From UHGV virus genome UHGV-1358930: a stretch of 64,000 nucleotides of DNA. The stretch is one strand, 5' to 3'. Below, piece after piece: positions 46,958 through 57,312 of this stretch. The DNA is from a virus. The position numbers were made by a program, and so were the translations under genes. The first letter of the stretch is position 1. Every line of letters starts with the position of its first letter. Under the pieces are notes generated by a model that saw only the letters and a program-made list of their open reading frames with translations, made no database searches and was not told where the DNA came from.

Positions 46958-49672
46958 ATGAACAGAATACAGATAAATCAGAATGGAAACTACTACGAGA
47001 TAAAATTTAAATATGATCCAACTTTAGTTGCTATGATAAAGCAGATTCCTGGAAAGGAATGGAATCCGGGTGAAAAGCTTTGGAGAATTCATAAAGATAA
47101 GTTAGGAATGCTGCTGAATATGCTCAAGGGTTCTAAGTACGCAGATGCTTATGAATTACAGAGTAATGAGCAGATAGGTGAAAATGCAGAAATTGAACCT
47201 ACTACGACTATCCCGAATGTTGATTTAACTGGAATCAAGTTATTTGTCGAAGATGGCAGTAAGCTGTATCCACATCAGTTAGATTTTATGAAATATGCGA
47301 TTGATCGTCAGCGCAAAGGATACAGAAGCGGGTTTCTTTGCGCAGACGATCCCGGTTGCATCGACGGAGATGCAACAATTCGTATCAAAGAATCTGGAAA
47401 GCCGTGGACGCGTGAGACCAAATTGTCTAACGTGTACAAGTTGTTCTCAGATGGGCATGTATTCAAAGTCAAATGTATGGTTAATGACAGATTTCAATAT
47501 ATGCCAATCAAATATGTATTAGATAGAGGAAATAGATCTGTTGTTAAGGTTACGTTTGAATCCGGATACATTATCTGTACACCTGATCATGAAATATATA
47601 CAGAAAATGGATGGGTTCCTGCAGAAAGCTTGTCTACTGGAGATACAATATTTACAAATGGTGATCCTGAAAGATGTATAAACTGTGGAAGTACAGAAAA
47701 CATCATTCAGTCATCTGACGCAACCTACAAAGGATACTGCAGAAGATGCATGTATAAATTTAGAAAGTGCGGCGTGCTTGACGATGATGTAGTTGTAAAG
47801 ACCGTTGATGAAGATGGATATGTTAGATTGAAGGGTAGACCTACAAGACTATGGCCTTTGCATGACAAATCAAATGGAATGGGAATATATGAGCATCATC
47901 AGGTTTGGTATGAACACACTGGGCATATTATAGACACTAAAACTGAAGCGATTCATCACATCAATCATATCAAGACTGATAATCGATTTGAGAATTTGAA
48001 GTTATTGTCTATTTCCGAGCATGCTAAACTCCATGCTGACATGTCTACAAATCATTTGCCACAGTTTCAAGATCGAGACTTTTATTACTGCCATGGAGTA
48101 AAGACTTGGTGTGTTCCTCATTCTGAAGCCGTCTTATCTGTGGAGCCTTTTGGAACAAAACATGTATATGACATAGTAATAGATAGCGAAGATATCCATA
48201 ATTTTATTGCAAACAATGTAGTTGTACATAACTGCGGTAAGACTTTAGAGAGTATTAACTATGCAATGTACAATAAGCTATATAACAGATACAAACATTG
48301 TTTAGTCATCTGTAACGTCAATACTTCGAAGTATAACTGGCAAGATGATATCAGGAAGCATACCAATGGAAAAATGAGTGGATATATTTTAGGATCTAGA
48401 AAACGGAAACATCCGAAGCCTGGGCAAGCTATTTATATCGTAGGAAGTAGCCAAAACAAATTAGATGATCTATTGTGCGGACATATGTATGGAGATGATA
48501 CTGAACCCGAATTACCCTATTTTATCATCTTAAATGTAGAAGCTATCAGAATGAAAGTAGGAAAACGATACCCTATCGCAGATAAAATCATCGACATGAT
48601 AAATGATGGCGAACTTAATATGATTATCATTGATGAGGTACATAAAAATATGTCACCCACATCCTTACAAGGCAAGCAGATACTTAGGATAAAAGACAAA
48701 ACTCATAGTAGATGTACATGGATATCGTTAACAGGTACTCCTATCGTCAATAAACCTACAGATGTTTTCTTACCTATGCGATTGATAGATGCACACAATT
48801 TTACTAGTTACTACAAATGGTGTCAGTATTTCTGCGTATATGGAGGATACGGTGGGCATGAAGTAATTGCGTATCGAAATATTCCTAGGCTTAAATTTAT
48901 GTTACAGCAAAATATGATTCGTCGGAGAAAAGAAGATGTTTTGAATCTACCTGATAAGATTCATATGGATGTATACGTAGAAAACACTAAATACCAGTCC
49001 AGACTTGCTGAAGAAGTTACAATGGACTTGATTGCACACGCAGAAGAAATTGCAAATGATTTGAACCCTATGGTCAGATTCTTACGACTTCGTCAGGTTA
49101 ATGGATCTCCAGAATTAGTTGATCATGATCTTCGAGTAGATAACACTTATTTGAAATACAACGCAAAGTTAGTCAAGTTGTTAGAATTACTTGAGGAGAT
49201 TCACGAAAGAGGAGAGAAGACAGTTATCTTCTCCAACTGGGTCGAGCCACTTCGTACACTATTCAAATTCTTATCTTCAAAATATAAAGTATGCTGCTTT
49301 ACAGGTACAATGTCTGAATCAGAAAGACAAAAGCATAAGCGTGTGTTTATGAACAATCCTGAATACACTGTTATGATAGGCACTATTGGTGCACTTGGAA
49401 CTACTCATACATTAACTGCCGCAAACAATATCATATTTTATGACGAGCCCTGGACATACGCAGATAAATTACAAGCAGAAGATAGATGCCATCGAATTTC
49501 GGCAAAAAAGTCCGTTAATGTATATACACTTATTTCTAAAGATACAATTGACGAACGAGTACATGATATAGTGTATAGCAAGAAAGACACATCGGATTAT
49601 TTAGTTGACAACAAGCTTGACTTCAAAAACAATCCAAATCTAGTTGCTACACTACTAGGTAAAGACATCTGA
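46958..49672 (+). CDS. SNF2-family (DEAD-like) helicase interrupted by an intein
   Basis: After removing residues 134-425 the Walker A reads ADDPGCGKT. Helicase C motifs (FTGTMSESERQ..., QAEDRCHRI) are at the C-terminus. Confidence 0.7.
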   Translation: MNRIQINQNGNYYEIKFKYDPTLVAMIKQIPGKEWNPGEKLWRIHKDKLGMLLNMLKGSKYADAYELQSNEQIGENAEIEPTTTIPNVDLTGIKLFVEDGSKLYPHQLDFMKYAIDRQRKGYRSGFLCADDPGCIDGDATIRIKESGKPWTRETKLSNVYKLFSDGHVFKVKCMVNDRFQYMPIKYVLDRGNRSVVKVTFESGYIICTPDHEIYTENGWVPAESLSTGDTIFTNGDPERCINCGSTENIIQSSDATYKGYCRRCMYKFRKCGVLDDDVVVKTVDEDGYVRLKGRPTRLWPLHDKSNGMGIYEHHQVWYEHTGHIIDTKTEAIHHINHIKTDNRFENLKLLSISEHAKLHADMSTNHLPQFQDRDFYYCHGVKTWCVPHSEAVLSVEPFGTKHVYDIVIDSEDIHNFIANNVVVHNCGKTLESINYAMYNKLYNRYKHCLVICNVNTSKYNWQDDIRKHTNGKMSGYILGSRKRKHPKPGQAIYIVGSSQNKLDDLLCGHMYGDDTEPELPYFIILNVEAIRMKVGKRYPIADKIIDMINDGELNMIIIDEVHKNMSPTSLQGKQILRIKDKTHSRCTWISLTGTPIVNKPTDVFLPMRLIDAHNFTSYYKWCQYFCVYGGYGGHEVIAYRNIPRLKFMLQQNMIRRRKEDVLNLPDKIHMDVYVENTKYQSRLAEEVTMDLIAHAEEIANDLNPMVRFLRLRQVNGSPELVDHDLRVDNTYLKYNAKLVKLLELLEEIHERGEKTVIFSNWVEPLRTLFKFLSSKYKVCCFTGTMSESERQKHKRVFMNNPEYTVMIGTIGALGTTHTLTAANNIIFYDEPWTYADKLQAEDRCHRISAKKSVNVYTLISKDTIDERVHDIVYSKKDTSDYLVDNKLDFKNNPNLVATLLGKDI
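47357..48232 (+). mobile_element. Intein (292 aa) with an embedded HNH endonuclease, inserted in the helicase P-loop
   Basis: Begins CIDGDATI (block A). Block B ICTPDHEIYT. HNH core HHINHIKTDNRFENLKLLSISEHAKLH. Blocks F/G VYDIVIDSEDIHNFIANNVVVHN, followed by +1 Cys of CGKT. Confidence 0.75.
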
Positions 49673-49682
49673 GGAGGACAAC

Positions 49683-50483
49683 ATGAGCAATACTAAACTT
49701 ACTAATCTAGAACTTGCGTCTGACGAATTAAGATTAGCTACAGACATTATTAACAAACATAATTTGAAACAATCAGAACTTAAATCGGCATTAGACACAA
49801 CTCTGCGTGATATCGTGAATAACAGTGATCTTAGTTTTGGTACGGTTAATTGTACTTATGAGGTCAGCCCAGATATGAATTGGATCTATTTTTATATGGG
49901 GTTGATCACACTCAAAATCATACCGAATGTTTGGCTAGATGACAACGTCAGATGTGAACTTCTGTACTCTGTCAATCAGTGCCTAGCTCTGCCGATTGCT
50001 GAAGATCTGACAAATTGCAATATCTTGATAGAGCTTGTGAGCAATTCTGATATTTCTGAGGTTATTTTGGCTTACAAACAATGTGTGAATGATCCAGAAT
50101 ATTTAGATGCGCTGAACAACATTGACCGACTTAATAAATCGTACCTGGACGATGCTCGAAAGTCTGAATTTGATCGAGTTAGCTACACAGTTGATCGTCA
50201 CACGGGTATTGGAGTATTTGTCAGTAAGAATTCTAGCAAACTAGCTGGATATGCGTTTATTCTGTATAGGAACTCAAAGGATGTTTGCTACAAATTTGTC
50301 CCTATTCAGATGATCAAAAACATCTTGAATATACATACTCAATCTGAGCTCAAAACTATTCAATCTATACTTGAAAATATTAGAGTATCAACCTTAGGTA
50401 TAAACGAGTTCATTGAAACTATCTATTTAAAGAATGAACGAGCTAAGCTGTATACACTTCCGGATGATCTAAGTATAGATTGA
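49683..50483 (+). CDS. Hypothetical protein
   Basis: RBS TGAGGAGGAC. 266 aa. Confidence 0.5.
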   Translation: MSNTKLTNLELASDELRLATDIINKHNLKQSELKSALDTTLRDIVNNSDLSFGTVNCTYEVSPDMNWIYFYMGLITLKIIPNVWLDDNVRCELLYSVNQCLALPIAEDLTNCNILIELVSNSDISEVILAYKQCVNDPEYLDALNNIDRLNKSYLDDARKSEFDRVSYTVDRHTGIGVFVSKNSSKLAGYAFILYRNSKDVCYKFVPIQMIKNILNIHTQSELKTIQSILENIRVSTLGINEFIETIYLKNERAKLYTLPDDLSID

Positions 50484-50495
50484 GGTGAGAGTAAA

Positions 50496-50729
50496 TTGAA
50501 GAAACGTTATAGATACATAACAACCGCAGAATCGACAGAAGCTTCTGAACTTGTACAAGACAAACTCAAAAGTATTAAAGATGATTTTGACTACATTGTT
50601 GACGGCGTAGACAAGCTATCTAGACAGGGTCAAGAAACTAAAGACACACTTGCTATTTTAGACAGTCTAGAATCCAGTTTGTCCGAAATTACTGCAGAAA
50701 TTGCAAAATATATTGTGGAGGCACTATAA
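50496..50729 (+). CDS. Small acidic coiled-coil protein (TTG start)
   Basis: GAGGTGA RBS. N-terminus KKRYRY resembles that of the 31453 gene. Confidence 0.45.
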   Translation: MKKRYRYITTAESTEASELVQDKLKSIKDDFDYIVDGVDKLSRQGQETKDTLAILDSLESSLSEITAEIAKYIVEAL

Positions 50730-50732
50730 CAT

Positions 50733-51536
50733 ATGAAAATTACATGTAACAGACGAGACGATATTCTGAAACGCAAACAGGAATACGAATCAGATCGAGC
50801 AAAGCGTCAGGCTAAGTATGATGAAGAGTATAAAGCTTGGAGAGACGAAGAACGCGGTCGCGGACAGTTTCTAGAGAAAGCAGTTATTCGTGCTATTGGC
50901 AGCACCTCTCTAGATCTTACAATAGATGTAGGTATGCGCTTTGGAACCGGTTATAGAATTCGTGTTTCTGATGAAGACAACAAGTTTGATGAAGATAAAG
51001 CTCTCTCGTGGACATGGGAGGTTTCTTTGGACAATAACGGAGACGTCAAGAAAGAATCGTCATCTTGGTCTGGTATGAAAGCAGTTACAGCCAATAACAT
51101 AAACAATCTGAAAGAAATTGTAAGAGTATTAGAGATTTTGAACAATATTGATTTTAAGACGATGCTCAATCGTGTTACTCCTCCGAATCCTGAAGACTAT
51201 ATTACCGGACCTAGTCCTAAGTATGAAACAGCTCCTGATTTTGATAAGGAACTCATGGAGGCTGATGTTGAAGATTGTATTGGCACCCGAAAAGGCATTC
51301 TAGGGACTTACAGCAAAATATATCGTGGAGATGTTTATCATTTCATTCAGAGAGAAACTCCAGCTAGTTATACAGTATGGGACATTCCGGCATACTATGT
51401 AGAAAATCATGACGGATCTCTATCTGATTTGTATGAAACATATTATGCTAAGCGTGATAGTTATACTTACACTATAAGAAAGAACACATTCTTTGAAACA
51501 ATTGAACAGAATGTTACGATTGTAGATTTTAGTTGA
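50733..51536 (+). CDS. Hypothetical protein
   Basis: 267 aa. Coupled to the upstream gene. Confidence 0.5.
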   Translation: MKITCNRRDDILKRKQEYESDRAKRQAKYDEEYKAWRDEERGRGQFLEKAVIRAIGSTSLDLTIDVGMRFGTGYRIRVSDEDNKFDEDKALSWTWEVSLDNNGDVKKESSSWSGMKAVTANNINNLKEIVRVLEILNNIDFKTMLNRVTPPNPEDYITGPSPKYETAPDFDKELMEADVEDCIGTRKGILGTYSKIYRGDVYHFIQRETPASYTVWDIPAYYVENHDGSLSDLYETYYAKRDSYTYTIRKNTFFETIEQNVTIVDFS

Positions 51537-51580
51537 GATAACTCATATAAACGATATTGTTAGTAAGGTGGTTAAGTAAT

Positions 51581-52417
51581 ATGGCCAAAATAACACACGG
51601 AACTCCGGAGCAATTTCTGAATGCTCTAGAGAATAAAATTCAAGAACTCGGTGGAAATGTTCAAGATGATGTTACTTCCGCAGTAGAAACTGAGGATGAT
51701 AAGGAAAGATACATTCATACATTGATTGGAGACATTCAATCAGAATTCATAGGTACAGTAGATTCTATGAAGTTTGATACTATGGATGACTCCCTCATCA
51801 TCACAGTTGTACTTGGAAATAAAGTGAGAGAATTTTCAGTTCCTTATTCGGATCTTAAATTTGATTGGAACAATATTGATGAAGATACTCAATACATTTC
51901 TAATGAAATTGATGAAGAGTTCAACAGAGAATATATTGATGATACTATCATTGAATCTAACGTAGATTCTGCGTCATCTAGATTCAATAAAGTTCTAGGG
52001 TCTGCAGATTACTATGATCATCCTAAATATTCAAAAACATTGTATTTGCCTTCAACTCGTCAAGGAAAGGTTAAACTGACCATAGGAACATTTAGCGATC
52101 CAAGTTATGACGATGATCATACGTTTGAAATCTTAGCTATAGTAGATGTAGAATCTCGTCGAATTGATTTTACTCTCGACTCTGAAAAGCTGTATGAAAC
52201 AGTAGATATACGTGACGGTCATGAAAAATTATCCGGATATGACGACAGATATGATGATCCGGAAGTTACAGTAGATGAAATTTATGAATACTTTATGACC
52301 TTAGATCAAGATGATGTTGATGATACGATAATAGAATTAGCTGATGATTTTGATGTTAATCGAGTTAAGCAGCTGTTTGGACCGATAACTGCGTCATCTA
52401 GATTCAACAAGGTTTAA
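51581..52417 (+). CDS. Acidic protein, paralog 1 (ITHGTPEQFLNAL family) with an internal ASSRFNKV repeat
   Basis: RBS AAGGTGG before ATG 51581. SSRFNKV appears at an internal position and at the C-terminus. Confidence 0.5.
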   Translation: MAKITHGTPEQFLNALENKIQELGGNVQDDVTSAVETEDDKERYIHTLIGDIQSEFIGTVDSMKFDTMDDSLIITVVLGNKVREFSVPYSDLKFDWNNIDEDTQYISNEIDEEFNREYIDDTIIESNVDSASSRFNKVLGSADYYDHPKYSKTLYLPSTRQGKVKLTIGTFSDPSYDDDHTFEILAIVDVESRRIDFTLDSEKLYETVDIRDGHEKLSGYDDRYDDPEVTVDEIYEYFMTLDQDDVDDTIIELADDFDVNRVKQLFGPITASSRFNKV

Positions 52418-52721
52418 TCCGCTACTATGAAGTATCTAGATCAAGACGTAGAAGAGTACGTATTGTCAGAGTTAAAACAGATGAAAATGGCATATCATCA
52501 TGATATGCCATTTGATGAATAGTTAAGAGAGCCAATCAGAAATGGATATATTTTCGAATCTTACTAACAGATAAGAAATGACATCTTAGGCAAGAAATCT
52601 AAAAACTTCGTCTTTATTTAGATAAGTCGGAAATTTTTATCTGATGATATTACACGCTGACGTTAAGGATCTAGTAATGGTAAATATTGTTAACTAATAT
52701 CGATTTCAGCAAATAACAGAG

Positions 52722-53603
52722 GTGATATATACGGCAAAGACCACGCACGGCACTCCAGAGCAATTTCTGAATGCGCTTAAAAATAGGATAAACGAACTAT
52801 CTGAAGGATCAGATATCACAACAGCTATTAAAACTGCAGATGTTGAAAACTATAGAGATACTGCACAGCCTGATGATATTTATCGTAGCCGATATCTTCA
52901 TGATCTTATCGGAGAAGTTGAGGATGAGCTATCTGATATTTCAAATATTGTAGCAGCAGATTACAACGATAAGGAGTTCATAGTTTTGCTACAAGTAGGT
53001 GGTAAGAACAGAAAGTTCAAATTTGCATTCAATCGACTCAGCTTCCAGTTTGAGACAATTGATATGGACGTAACTTACATCACCGATTTTGTCCGGGACG
53101 CAGTATCTGGCAATATCGCAGAAGATGATAGCCACTACGAGAAAGACTATGTTGAGTCATTGATGATTGATGTTGAATCCAATCTATATCCATATACAGA
53201 CTCTATTAACTATCAGATCCATGGCAAAGATGTCACGATTGTTGTAGTATCTGATAAAGGTATTCGAGAATATACGGTACCATTCGATGATCTTACGATG
53301 GATCCAGAAGATCATGGACCTGACGTTGACTACATCGTCAATTTCATTGACAGAGACTTAAACATTTCAGGAGATAACGACTATGACGGTTACACTCCAG
53401 AAGACTGGAAACCCGCAATCATAAAGAAGCTAGAATCTGAAGATGTAGATGTATCTACACCCGAAGCTGAAGATTACATTGATAGAGCTGCGGAAATGAT
53501 TCAGAATGATGATGATCATGATGTAGATTATTGGTGGAACGAAGTTATGTCAAACGATGACTGGCGTCAAGAAATCAATGATCTGCCGCATCTTTCTGTT
53601 TGA
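52722..53603 (+). CDS. Acidic protein, paralog 2 (TTHGTPEQFLNAL family), GTG start
   Basis: Shares its N-terminal 60 aa with the 51581 gene. Confidence 0.45.
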   Translation: MIYTAKTTHGTPEQFLNALKNRINELSEGSDITTAIKTADVENYRDTAQPDDIYRSRYLHDLIGEVEDELSDISNIVAADYNDKEFIVLLQVGGKNRKFKFAFNRLSFQFETIDMDVTYITDFVRDAVSGNIAEDDSHYEKDYVESLMIDVESNLYPYTDSINYQIHGKDVTIVVVSDKGIREYTVPFDDLTMDPEDHGPDVDYIVNFIDRDLNISGDNDYDGYTPEDWKPAIIKKLESEDVDVSTPEAEDYIDRAAEMIQNDDDHDVDYWWNEVMSNDDWRQEINDLPHLSV

Positions 53604-53625
53604 TTCATAGTGAAATAACGCGAAG

Positions 53626-54105
53626 ATGAACGATGGATTAGGCAAGAAAGCAGAACAAAAAATAAAGCAATGGCTAGATAAACCAGAAGATGGCTATTGC
53701 TTCGATAGAATTCCCGACCAGCTATCTGGATTCTATGGCAGTAAAAACATATGCGATTTCACATGCTTTAAATCTCCTTACATGTTCTACATTGAGTCAA
53801 AAGCAACGTGGGAACATAGATTTGATTTATCTATGATATCCGAATTTCAATATAATTCGTTGTTAGAAAAATCCAAGATAACAAATGTATTTGGGCTAGT
53901 TATAGTACTGTTTGCTACAGATAAACGAGCTTTTATTCTAGATATTCGTGATATTGCAAAGTTAAAGTCTATGGATGTTAAGTCTATCAATATCAATAAA
54001 ATTGATTCATGGAGTATCTCTTATATCGAGATTCCTACAGCAAGTAGTCGAAAGACGCTGTTAGACTATACAGGAGATTTAGTCGAGCTAGTTACAAGTA
54101 AATAA
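53626..54105 (+). CDS. Putative PD-(D/E)xK Holliday-junction-resolvase-like nuclease (Hjc/RecU-like)
   Basis: CFDRIPDQ ... DFTCFKSPYMFYIESKAT resembles the Hjc D...ExK core. 159 aa. Confidence 0.4.
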   Translation: MNDGLGKKAEQKIKQWLDKPEDGYCFDRIPDQLSGFYGSKNICDFTCFKSPYMFYIESKATWEHRFDLSMISEFQYNSLLEKSKITNVFGLVIVLFATDKRAFILDIRDIAKLKSMDVKSININKIDSWSISYIEIPTASSRKTLLDYTGDLVELVTSK

Positions 54106-54113
54106 TCAAATAG

Positions 54114-54148
54114 ATAAGACAATCGTTAAATTGGTTGTCTTATTTTAT
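54114..54148 (+). terminator. Rho-independent terminator
   Basis: Perfect 9-bp stem ATAAGACAA / TTGTCTTAT with a 12-nt loop, then TTTATTG. Confidence 0.7.
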
Positions 54149-54158
54149 TGCTGAAAGG

Positions 54159-54614
54159 ATGACGACATTGAAAAGATATGTGAAAGCTTCAAGAACATCC
54201 GGAAATGTAGGAATTTGGTGGTACTATAACAATCAGGAAGTTTGGGCTGAAATGTGCCCAACAGATGAAGGACAAGCCGATAGTAGATATATTCAATTTA
54301 GTTCTGATAAGAATCATCTTACCGAATGGAACAAAGTTGTCAACGACAACGTACCAGACATTACTCTAAGAGAGCAGATTCGCTATGACAGCTATAAATC
54401 ACTGCCCAGAGGTAGAGTTATTTTTGACTTACTTACACAGTCCTACATCATTACATGCGGGAGTGAATTCAAGTCAAATGTAGAGTTTAAACGAAACATC
54501 TGCGATGCTTTTGAAATTCCAATGAATAGAACAGATGTTGAAGTTATTCCGAATCACTATTACGTATACAAGAAGACTGGAAATGCTGCTCTAGATGAAT
54601 TTGAAGGAGTATAG
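54159..54614 (+). CDS. Hypothetical protein
   Basis: ATG 54159 after AAAGGA. 151 aa. Confidence 0.5.
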   Translation: MTTLKRYVKASRTSGNVGIWWYYNNQEVWAEMCPTDEGQADSRYIQFSSDKNHLTEWNKVVNDNVPDITLREQIRYDSYKSLPRGRVIFDLLTQSYIITCGSEFKSNVEFKRNICDAFEIPMNRTDVEVIPNHYYVYKKTGNAALDEFEGV

Positions 54615-54662
54615 CATGAACCTTAAATTATTTCATAAATAGAAAATAAGGAGACGATACAA

Positions 54663-54929
54663 ATGGATTTTGGTATTGTCAGCTTTGCTGCTATTGTAGT
54701 TCTTGTATATTTGGTAGGCTCTGCTGTAAAGGTATCTAATTTAAACAGTGATTGGATCCCGGTTATCTGCGGTGCATCTGGATTGCTTCTTGGCGTTCTA
54801 GCCTTTTATCTAAAGGTGCCAGACTTCCCTGCTACGGATCCGATGACTGCCGCAGCTGTCGGAGTTGTTTCCGGATTTGCTGCTACCGGCATCAATCAAG
54901 CTATCAAACGCACAAGCATAAAGAAGTAA
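54663..54929 (+). CDS. Holin (two transmembrane helices, basic C-terminus)
   Basis: 88 aa. TM1 IVSFAAIVVLVYLVGSAV, TM2 IPVICGASGLLLGVLAFYL. C-terminal KRTSIKK. RBS AAGGAGAC. Confidence 0.65.
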   Translation: MDFGIVSFAAIVVLVYLVGSAVKVSNLNSDWIPVICGASGLLLGVLAFYLKVPDFPATDPMTAAAVGVVSGFAATGINQAIKRTSIKK

Positions 54930-55018
54930 AATTGATTTCGAGGATTGTTTGGTTAGAGATGCGGGTAATCTAATCAAACAGGACTTCATGGTATTGTGGA
55001 TACCTCCTTTCCGAGAAT

Positions 55019-55048
55019 GGGCAGATTGAAATATATCTGCCTTTTCTT
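55019..55048 (+). terminator. Rho-independent terminator after the holin
   Basis: Stem GGCAGAT / ATCTGCC, 8-nt loop, T-run. Confidence 0.65.
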
Positions 55049-55172
55049 GTGTATTCAGATTCGTTAGTATAGAAAAGAAGATGTAGCTTTGCGATCCCTT
55101 TTAGAAGTATTGATACTTTGATTCGTTAAATTAAATAACACGTACCACAACATAAGAAAGGAAGTATAGTCG

Positions 55173-56021
55173 ATGAAATATAGGGAGTTTAATTATTGGT
55201 TCATTCGAAGGTCTGAAAATGAATTTGATGTTCTGAGCAAAGCTAACAACATGGAGGTTGTAGGGTGGGTTATTGATAACCACACCCACGCTGATTTCAC
55301 TTCTGACGATATACATAATGATGTTGTAGCTGCAGATGTAGAAACTGAATTTGAACTCTATCGAGATAGGATGGAGTATGCTGTCGGAAAGAAAATCATG
55401 CTAAGCAAGACTACAATAGATGCTATTGATTTATCCGATAAGTATAAGCAGCTGATTCTTGGCTGTTTCATGATCCGAGCACAGCGAGCTGGTAAAGATC
55501 CGGAAGATGCAATATCTATTGGTAAGAAGGCGATCACTTGGTTAGATAGCACAGATTTTTTCATTGCGCCAGCTTCTACACGATTCCACGAATCTTTTGC
55601 AAGCGGATTACTTTATCATACATTGAGTGTCTACAACCAGATCGTAGATTTGCATAACTTAACTAAATTCAACAACGTCTCATATGATAGCGCGTGCCTT
55701 GTTGCATTAGTGCATGACTGGTGCAAAATCAATCTATACACACCATATCAAAGAAATGTCAAGAACAATGAAACTGGTAAATGGGAATCGGTAATTGCAT
55801 ATAATCGAGGGAATACAGAATTTCCACATGGACAGCAGTCATTGGAGCTTGCAAGATGTTTCTTTAAATTTGATACAGCTGAGAAACTTGCAATCACGCA
55901 CCATATGGGACATTGGTACACACATCCTGCAGAAGAGAACAGCCTTCAGACAGCTAATGAAAGATATCCGCTTGTATTGATGTTACAGTTCGCAGATTCG
56001 TTAGCTATCACCAGTTACTAA
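55173..56021 (+). CDS. HD-domain phosphohydrolase
   Basis: H...HD motif (ALVHDWCK) and the downstream ITHHMGHW. RBS GAAAGGAAG. Confidence 0.6.
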   Translation: MKYREFNYWFIRRSENEFDVLSKANNMEVVGWVIDNHTHADFTSDDIHNDVVAADVETEFELYRDRMEYAVGKKIMLSKTTIDAIDLSDKYKQLILGCFMIRAQRAGKDPEDAISIGKKAITWLDSTDFFIAPASTRFHESFASGLLYHTLSVYNQIVDLHNLTKFNNVSYDSACLVALVHDWCKINLYTPYQRNVKNNETGKWESVIAYNRGNTEFPHGQQSLELARCFFKFDTAEKLAITHHMGHWYTHPAEENSLQTANERYPLVLMLQFADSLAITSY

Positions 56022-56022
56022 T

Positions 56023-56571
56023 ATGCCTACATTGAATAATCTACCTAGATTATCCGAAGATCAACGAAAGTTAGTCGAAGATAACATGAACTTAGCTTAC
56101 AAGTGTGCATCTGAAATTGCCCCGCACACAACATTAGAATATGAAGATGTAGTTCAATATTGCTTATTAGGGCTGTGTAAGGCTGCATTGATATTTGACG
56201 AATCTAAAGGTGCACTATCTTCTGTCGCATACCAATGTATGCGAAATGAAATATACATGAAAACTAGGCGCACAAAGAAACGCATAGCACAAAACGAACT
56301 ATTAAGTTTAGATGCGCCTTGTCCAAATACAGAAGATTTTACACTTTTAGATACAATAGAAGACTCATATGACAGAATATCCGAAGCAGAATCCTATATG
56401 GATCTGATGTCTGCCATAAGCAAAGTGCCAATAAGCAGACGTCATATTGCTCAGTATCTGATAGATAACCCTCAAAGCCCTCAAGGCGTAGTTGCCAAAA
56501 AATTTAATTGTACTCAATCAAATATATCAAGAGTTAAAAAAGAGCTAATAAAACATTGGCTAAATACATAA
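56023..56571 (+). CDS. Phage-encoded sigma-70-family sigma factor (region 2 plus region 4)
   Basis: Region 2-like EDVVQYCLLGLCKAALIFDESKGALSSVAYQCMRNEIY. Region 4 HTH ISRRHIAQYLIDNPQSPQGVVAKKFNCTQSNISRVKKEL. Confidence 0.65.
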   Translation: MPTLNNLPRLSEDQRKLVEDNMNLAYKCASEIAPHTTLEYEDVVQYCLLGLCKAALIFDESKGALSSVAYQCMRNEIYMKTRRTKKRIAQNELLSLDAPCPNTEDFTLLDTIEDSYDRISEAESYMDLMSAISKVPISRRHIAQYLIDNPQSPQGVVAKKFNCTQSNISRVKKELIKHWLNT

Positions 56572-56616
56572 TGATCACCTTTTATTGTTGTATGAAGATA
56601 GTGAGGTGTACTAAAA

Positions 56617-57312
56617 ATGTATATGAATGAAATATCGGTTATGTCTATGGCTCAAGAGGATGCAAAGTATATTGCAGATCGCCTTATGCAAAAGCATACA
56701 GCTGTGGATGTCAAAGATATCACAACTAATAAAGTATCAGATGCGGCTGTAGATGCTGAAGAAGTTGAATACGATGTACAAATTGTTTTAGATATAGACG
56801 GCAATCAGCAAGCTGTAAATTTCCAGTATTATCTTCAGCCAGATGGAAATGTAGAATTATCTGATGATTTAGATAATGTGATTCAGAGTGTCGATAGCAG
56901 AATAATGTCTGGTCAGAATACGGCCGACTTACATATCATTACAGCCGCGGATGATTTTGATTCTGATAACTTTGATGACGATGATTTTGACGAAATTCCG
57001 CATGAACCGGTTGAAGATGACACGGTAGCTGACGATGATAGCATAACAGACACTTTGAATGATATGTCAGAACAGCTAGATGATTTACAGGATGACATAA
57101 CTGATCCTTCTAATGAAGACGATATCAACATTGATATAAACAACAACATTGATAATCATTACATCGCAGAATGCGAAAAATGCCATGGAATTTTTATTTC
57201 TTCTTTGATAGCTTCCGATCAGCGGGTTGAATCAATTCATGGCGTGTGTCCGCTTTGTGATAAAGAATCTGATCAATATCTCAAATGGATTGTAGAAGCG
57301 GTGGAACAATGA
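56617..57312 (+). CDS. Highly acidic protein with a C-terminal CxxC...CxxC zinc ribbon (candidate sigma-factor partner or DNA mimic)
   Basis: D/E-rich central region. CEKCHG...CPLCDK at the C-terminus. RBS GTGAGGTG. Confidence 0.5.
   Translation: MYMNEISVMSMAQEDAKYIADRLMQKHTAVDVKDITTNKVSDAAVDAEEVEYDVQIVLDIDGNQQAVNFQYYLQPDGNVELSDDLDNVIQSVDSRIMSGQNTADLHIITAADDFDSDNFDDDDFDEIPHEPVEDDTVADDDSITDTLNDMSEQLDDLQDDITDPSNEDDINIDINNNIDNHYIAECEKCHGIFISSLIASDQRVESIHGVCPLCDKESDQYLKWIVEAVEQ

Noticed and set aside
52426-52521. 31-aa ORF in the spacer between the two acidic paralogs
   Set aside because: It has no RBS. The intergenic region more likely holds regulatory sequence for the downstream paralog.
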